From assembly GCA_963781585.1 (NCBI GenBank), contig CAWAGQ010000004.1:288001-352000 (forward strand): a stretch of 64,000 nt of DNA, written 5' to 3'. Origin of the DNA: an uncultured Gemmatimonadaceae bacterium (GTDB taxonomy: Bacteria > Gemmatimonadota > Gemmatimonadetes > Gemmatimonadales > Gemmatimonadaceae). Shown piece by piece: positions 60,160 through 64,000 of the stretch. Each line of letters starts with the position of its first letter. Position 1 is the first letter of the stretch. The notes under the pieces were generated by a model, which searched no databases, was not told the origin of the DNA, and worked only from the letters and a program-made list of their open reading frames with translations. The translations under genes were made by a program, and so were the position numbers.

Positions 60160-62859
60160 ATGTCGCTTCCCACGGTGTTCCTCTCGGAGCGGGACCGCGA
60201 AGTCCTGCGGAGCTTCGCGCTGCGCGTCGACCCCGCGGATGCCGGATCGCACAACAACCTGGGCGTGCTCTACTACAACAAGGGCATGATCCCGGAGGCG
60301 GTCGAGGCTTTCACGCGCGCGCTCACCCTCGACCCGCAGATGTCGACCGCCGAACGCAATCTGCGCATCGCGTGGTGCGACAGCGGCGCCTTCGAAGAGC
60401 AGGTGAGGGCGCTTGGCGAACGTCTCGCGGCCGACGCGGCCGATCGGGACGCTCGTGACGCGCTGGCGAACGCGTATCTGATGGCCGGCGATTTCGACCG
60501 GGCGGTGGTGGAGCTTGAGCGGCTTGCCGACGCGCAGCCCGATGACGTGGACACCATCGTGCGCCTCGCCCGCGCGGAGCAGCGCCTCGGACATATGGAC
60601 GCGGCGTCGACCTGGCTGCGGCGCGCCCTCGGCTATCGCGAAAGCGACCCGCAGCTCCTGATGCAGTTCGCCGACGTCTCCTATCATCGCGGCCTCGATG
60701 CCGACGCTCTGGCGGCGCTGGAGCGGGTCGTGGAGCACGCCCCGCACCTGGCCGAGGCCCACTACCTGCTGGGGTTCGTGCTCGGTGATCTGGGACGGCA
60801 CGAGGAAGCGCGCGAAGCCACGCGGCGGGCGCTGCGGCTCAATCCGTCGTTAGGCAGGGCGCAGGCGAACCTGTCGCTGGGGCGTGACGGCCCGCTGGCG
60901 ACCCCGCCGGCCGAGGGCCACAACGAACCAGCACCCCTCGCAGGGGGCGCGCTGGCGCACTTCAATCTCGGCATCGCCTTTCGCCAGAAGGGCTACTACC
61001 AGGAGGCGCTCCGCGAGTATCGACTTGCCCTCGACCGCGGTGAAGATCGGGGCCTCGTCACCCAGGCGATGGCGGAAGTCCACCTCCTGACCCGCGAAAC
61101 CGGAGCGGCGGTCACGCTCTACGACCGGCTGGTTGGCAGCGCACCCGACAGCCCCAAGCTGTGGAACGAGCGCGGTGTGGTGCTGCATCAGGCCGGCCGG
61201 ATCGCGGACGCCCGCGCCAGCTACGAGCGCGCGGTCGGTGCGGATCCGGCCTATGCGCTCGCGCTGAACAACCTCGGTGTGGCACACTACCACGCCGGCC
61301 GCCACGATCTGGCGTGCGACGCGTTTCGCCAGTCCATGCTGGAGCAGCCGGCATTCGTCAAGGCCCGGCTCAACCTCGCGCTGCTGCTCTTCCGGCGGAA
61401 GGAGTTCGCGCTCTGCCTGGAAGCCTACCGACAGGTGCTGAATCTCGAGCCGGACCACGCGGTGGCGTGGAACGGCATCGGCCTGGTGCTCTCGGAACTG
61501 CACCAGATCGAGGATGCCCGCAACGCGTTCGGCCGCGCCATCGACGCGCGCCCCGACTACGCCGAGGCGCACTACAACCTCAGTTTCGCCCTGTCGCACC
61601 TCGGCGACTACGCCGGCGGCCTGCGCGAAACGAAACGCGCGCTGGAACTGGACCCGTTCTACGTTCCGCAGAAGTTCGAGCTCGCCATCGATCTCCAGTA
61701 CGAGAACCCGCGCGTGGCGATCGCACCGGAGCTGGGCGCCGACCAGCGACTGGACGGCGCGGTGGAAGAGTTCACGCTGGATGTCGGCGCGCTCGAGACC
61801 TTCTTCGACCAGCTGGCGCCCGCGACCCACGAGGAGCCGCCCGACGCTCCTGGCGGTCCGTCGTATGGGGTCGCGCGCGCGGCGGTGGCCGCGGGGCAGT
61901 TGCCGGCAGCTGCCGCCGAGACAAACCGTGTGCTCGCGGCCGGCGGAGCGCGTGGCGAGGGACTCGGGCTGCTCGGCGGCATCTTCATGCGACAGGGCGC
62001 GTTTGGCGAGGCCCTGGATCGCTTCCGTCAGGCGCGCACGGCGGACGCGACAGACCAGAGCGCGGCCATGGGTGAGGTGCGCGCGCTGCTGCTGCTGGGA
62101 CGTGGGAGCGAGGGGAGTGACCTGGCCGAGGACCTGGCCGCGCGGGCGGATTCCGATGTGGAGGCCCTGCTGCTGGTGGCGCAGGTGCGCGCCGAGCGGG
62201 GTGCACACGGCCCGGCCCTGGCTGCCCTCGATGCGGCGCGCCGCCTGGCTCCGGCGCGCGCCGACGTCCAGAAGGAGATCGGCGACGTGGCGCGTGCCAC
62301 CGGTGACGACGAGCGCGCGCTGGCGGCGTACCGCGCCGCGGTGGCGCTGGACCGCGGATTCGCGGCGGCGCGCGTGGAACTCGCAGCGTTGCTTCGTGGC
62401 CGGGGTAAGGTCGCCGAGGCCGAGCGGGAGCTGGAGGCAACGGTGCGCGATCTTCCGGCCTGTATGGACGCCGCGCTCGAGCTGGCCGACCTGCGCCGGG
62501 CACGGGGACGCCCCGAGGACACAATCGATGTCCTGGTGGAGGTCCTGCGTCGCGATCCGTACCAGCTGGACGTGCTCGTGTCGTTAGGCGAGTCGCTGTT
62601 CCAGTGCGACCGGCGGGGCGACGCCGCCGTGGCCTTCGCCCGGGTCCTCCGCTTCGACCCCGATCACGTGGGCGCCCTCTACTTCGACGGCGTGCTGCTC
62701 GGGAAGCAGCGGCGGTTCGAGGAGGCGGTGGCGCGCTGGCACCGGGTCATCGACCTCGAGCCGGCCAGCGACTACGCCAGGCGCGCGCGTCGCGACGCGC
62801 GGATCGCCGCAGACCTCCAGCGCATCTTCGTGGCGCACGAGCGCCGGGGAGCGGCCTAG
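60160..62859 (+). CDS. Large multi-TPR protein
   Basis: Many canonical TPRs (HNNLGVLYYNKG, AHFNLGIAF, ALNNLGVAH, AHYNLSFAL). Confidence 0.92.
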   Translation: MSLPTVFLSERDREVLRSFALRVDPADAGSHNNLGVLYYNKGMIPEAVEAFTRALTLDPQMSTAERNLRIAWCDSGAFEEQVRALGERLAADAADRDARDALANAYLMAGDFDRAVVELERLADAQPDDVDTIVRLARAEQRLGHMDAASTWLRRALGYRESDPQLLMQFADVSYHRGLDADALAALERVVEHAPHLAEAHYLLGFVLGDLGRHEEAREATRRALRLNPSLGRAQANLSLGRDGPLATPPAEGHNEPAPLAGGALAHFNLGIAFRQKGYYQEALREYRLALDRGEDRGLVTQAMAEVHLLTRETGAAVTLYDRLVGSAPDSPKLWNERGVVLHQAGRIADARASYERAVGADPAYALALNNLGVAHYHAGRHDLACDAFRQSMLEQPAFVKARLNLALLLFRRKEFALCLEAYRQVLNLEPDHAVAWNGIGLVLSELHQIEDARNAFGRAIDARPDYAEAHYNLSFALSHLGDYAGGLRETKRALELDPFYVPQKFELAIDLQYENPRVAIAPELGADQRLDGAVEEFTLDVGALETFFDQLAPATHEEPPDAPGGPSYGVARAAVAAGQLPAAAAETNRVLAAGGARGEGLGLLGGIFMRQGAFGEALDRFRQARTADATDQSAAMGEVRALLLLGRGSEGSDLAEDLAARADSDVEALLLVAQVRAERGAHGPALAALDAARRLAPARADVQKEIGDVARATGDDERALAAYRAAVALDRGFAAARVELAALLRGRGKVAEAERELEATVRDLPACMDAALELADLRRARGRPEDTIDVLVEVLRRDPYQLDVLVSLGESLFQCDRRGDAAVAFARVLRFDPDHVGALYFDGVLLGKQRRFEEAVARWHRVIDLEPASDYARRARRDARIAADLQRIFVAHERRGAA

Positions 62860-64000
62860 ATGGCGATCGAAGGCCCGCTCCGCGAGCTCGGCATCCACGA
62901 CGTCTTCCAGCTGCTCGACCTCAGCCGCAAGACAGGACGGCTGCGCGTCACCTCGGCCCTCCGCGACAACGAGGGCACGGTCACGTTTCACAACGGCCGC
63001 GTGGTCGGCGCGACCATCCGCACCAACCCGCACCCGATTGGCGAGATCCTCGTGAACGCCGGCAAGATCACCGCCGAGGAGCTGGATCGCGCGAAAGGGC
63101 TGCAGCGCCAGCCGGGTGAACAGCGGGCTCTCGGCGAGCTGCTGGTGAGCATCGGCGCCATCACCCAGCGCGAGCTGGAACGCCAGATCCGCCGGCAGAT
63201 CGAGGCGGTGGTGTTCGAGTTGATGTCGTGGCAGGAAGGATATTTCTGCTTCGCCGAAGGCGACCCCGGCGCCACCAACGGAGGCTGGCATGCCAGCCTC
63301 ACGGCAGAATCGCTGCTGATGGAAGCCGCTCGCCGAATCGACGAATGGACGCGGATTGCACACCGGATTCCGAGCATGACGGCACTGCCCGCCCTCGCCG
63401 ACGTGGATGGCGACCATCCGGCCTCCCTCGACCTGAGACCCAATGAGTGGGAGGTCCTGGCGCAGATCGACGGCGCGACCGACCTCCGGTCCATCGCCGA
63501 GCGGGTGGGGATGAGCGACTTCGACGTGGCCAAGGTGGTGTTCGGGTTGCTCTCGACCGGCGTGGTGACGCTGGTGGAGGGGCCGAGCGCGCCGCCGACG
63601 AACGACGCGAGGGACGACGCGGTCATGTTGCTCTCCGATGCGCGAGAGGCGCTTCGCGATACGCGCGCCAAGGACGCGCTGCAACACGCCGAGCGCGCGC
63701 TGCTCCTGTCGTCGGAGCTGGTCGAAGGCCGGATGGTGGCGGCACAGGCGCTGATCGCGCTCGAACGATTTGGCGAGGCGGAGCGACATCTCGAGCGCGC
63801 GCTGGAGACCGATCCGGACTCCGCGCAAGTGCTCATGACGCTCGCGCGACTCGCGGTCAGGCGCGGCGACCTCGATCGGGCCATCCAGGCCTGGTCGCGC
63901 GTCATCGAGACATCTCCGCAATCCGCGCAGGCCGAGCGCGCCCGCAAGGCGATGGCCTACGCCACTCGCCTGAACGCGCTCGTGGAGGTCGGCGGCGATG
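62860..64000 (+). CDS. DUF4388 (PATAN) domain and TPR protein, 3'-truncated by the window edge
   Basis: Absent from the ORF track because there is no stop in the window. Reads MAIEGPLRELGIHDVFQLLDLSRKTGRLRV...GEILV...W.EGYF.F...SLLMEAARRIDEW, then TPRs. Confidence 0.88.
   Translation, partial: MAIEGPLRELGIHDVFQLLDLSRKTGRLRVTSALRDNEGTVTFHNGRVVGATIRTNPHPIGEILVNAGKITAEELDRAKGLQRQPGEQRALGELLVSIGAITQRELERQIRRQIEAVVFELMSWQEGYFCFAEGDPGATNGGWHASLTAESLLMEAARRIDEWTRIAHRIPSMTALPALADVDGDHPASLDLRPNEWEVLAQIDGATDLRSIAERVGMSDFDVAKVVFGLLSTGVVTLVEGPSAPPTNDARDDAVMLLSDAREALRDTRAKDALQHAERALLLSSELVEGRMVAAQALIALERFGEAERHLERALETDPDSAQVLMTLARLAVRRGDLDRAIQAWSRVIETSPQSAQAERARKAMAYATRLNALVEVGGD

Overview
High-GC (roughly high-60s %, judged by eye), gene-dense bacterial chromosome segment. 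The gene families and their order suggest Gemmatimonadota (inference). I found no rRNA, tRNA, CRISPR array, transposase, integrase or prophage. Contents, left to right: (1) a TPR - 2x DUF4159 - MoxR - DUF58 - BatA/vWA - giant coiled-coil operon; (2) DinB/YfiT genes, a KirBac K+ channel and small lipoproteins; (3) fumarylacetoacetase, RidA, icd, a thiolase/FadN pair and an M1 aminopeptidase; (4) a three-gene cassette of a TPR protein, a 68-aa lipopeptide with a duplicated DYINPNA motif, and a pseudo-receiver/AraC regulator; (5) an ATPase, a GT2, OsmC and an arginase-like protein; (6) a transhydrogenase locus with one soluble dI gene and two different membrane modules; (7) a metallopeptidase/beta-propeller outer-membrane-type protein; (8) the housekeeping run tilS-hpt-ftsH-folP-DUF2723-yggS-divIVA-PNP-ileS-dksA/traR-lspA-rluD; (9) a receptor-less cheW-cheY-cheA-cheC-TPR-DUF4388 cluster. 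The three strongest leads are the candidate peptide-signalling (RRNPP-like) cassette at 25.7-28.2 kb, an 8-mer CGTTAGGY embedded 15 times in coding sequence through rare TTA/CTA codons, and a second PntB lacking two canonical proton-channel residues. Three single-base frameshifts, one in ileS, look like assembly errors. All family calls come from reading motifs by eye, not from database searches.
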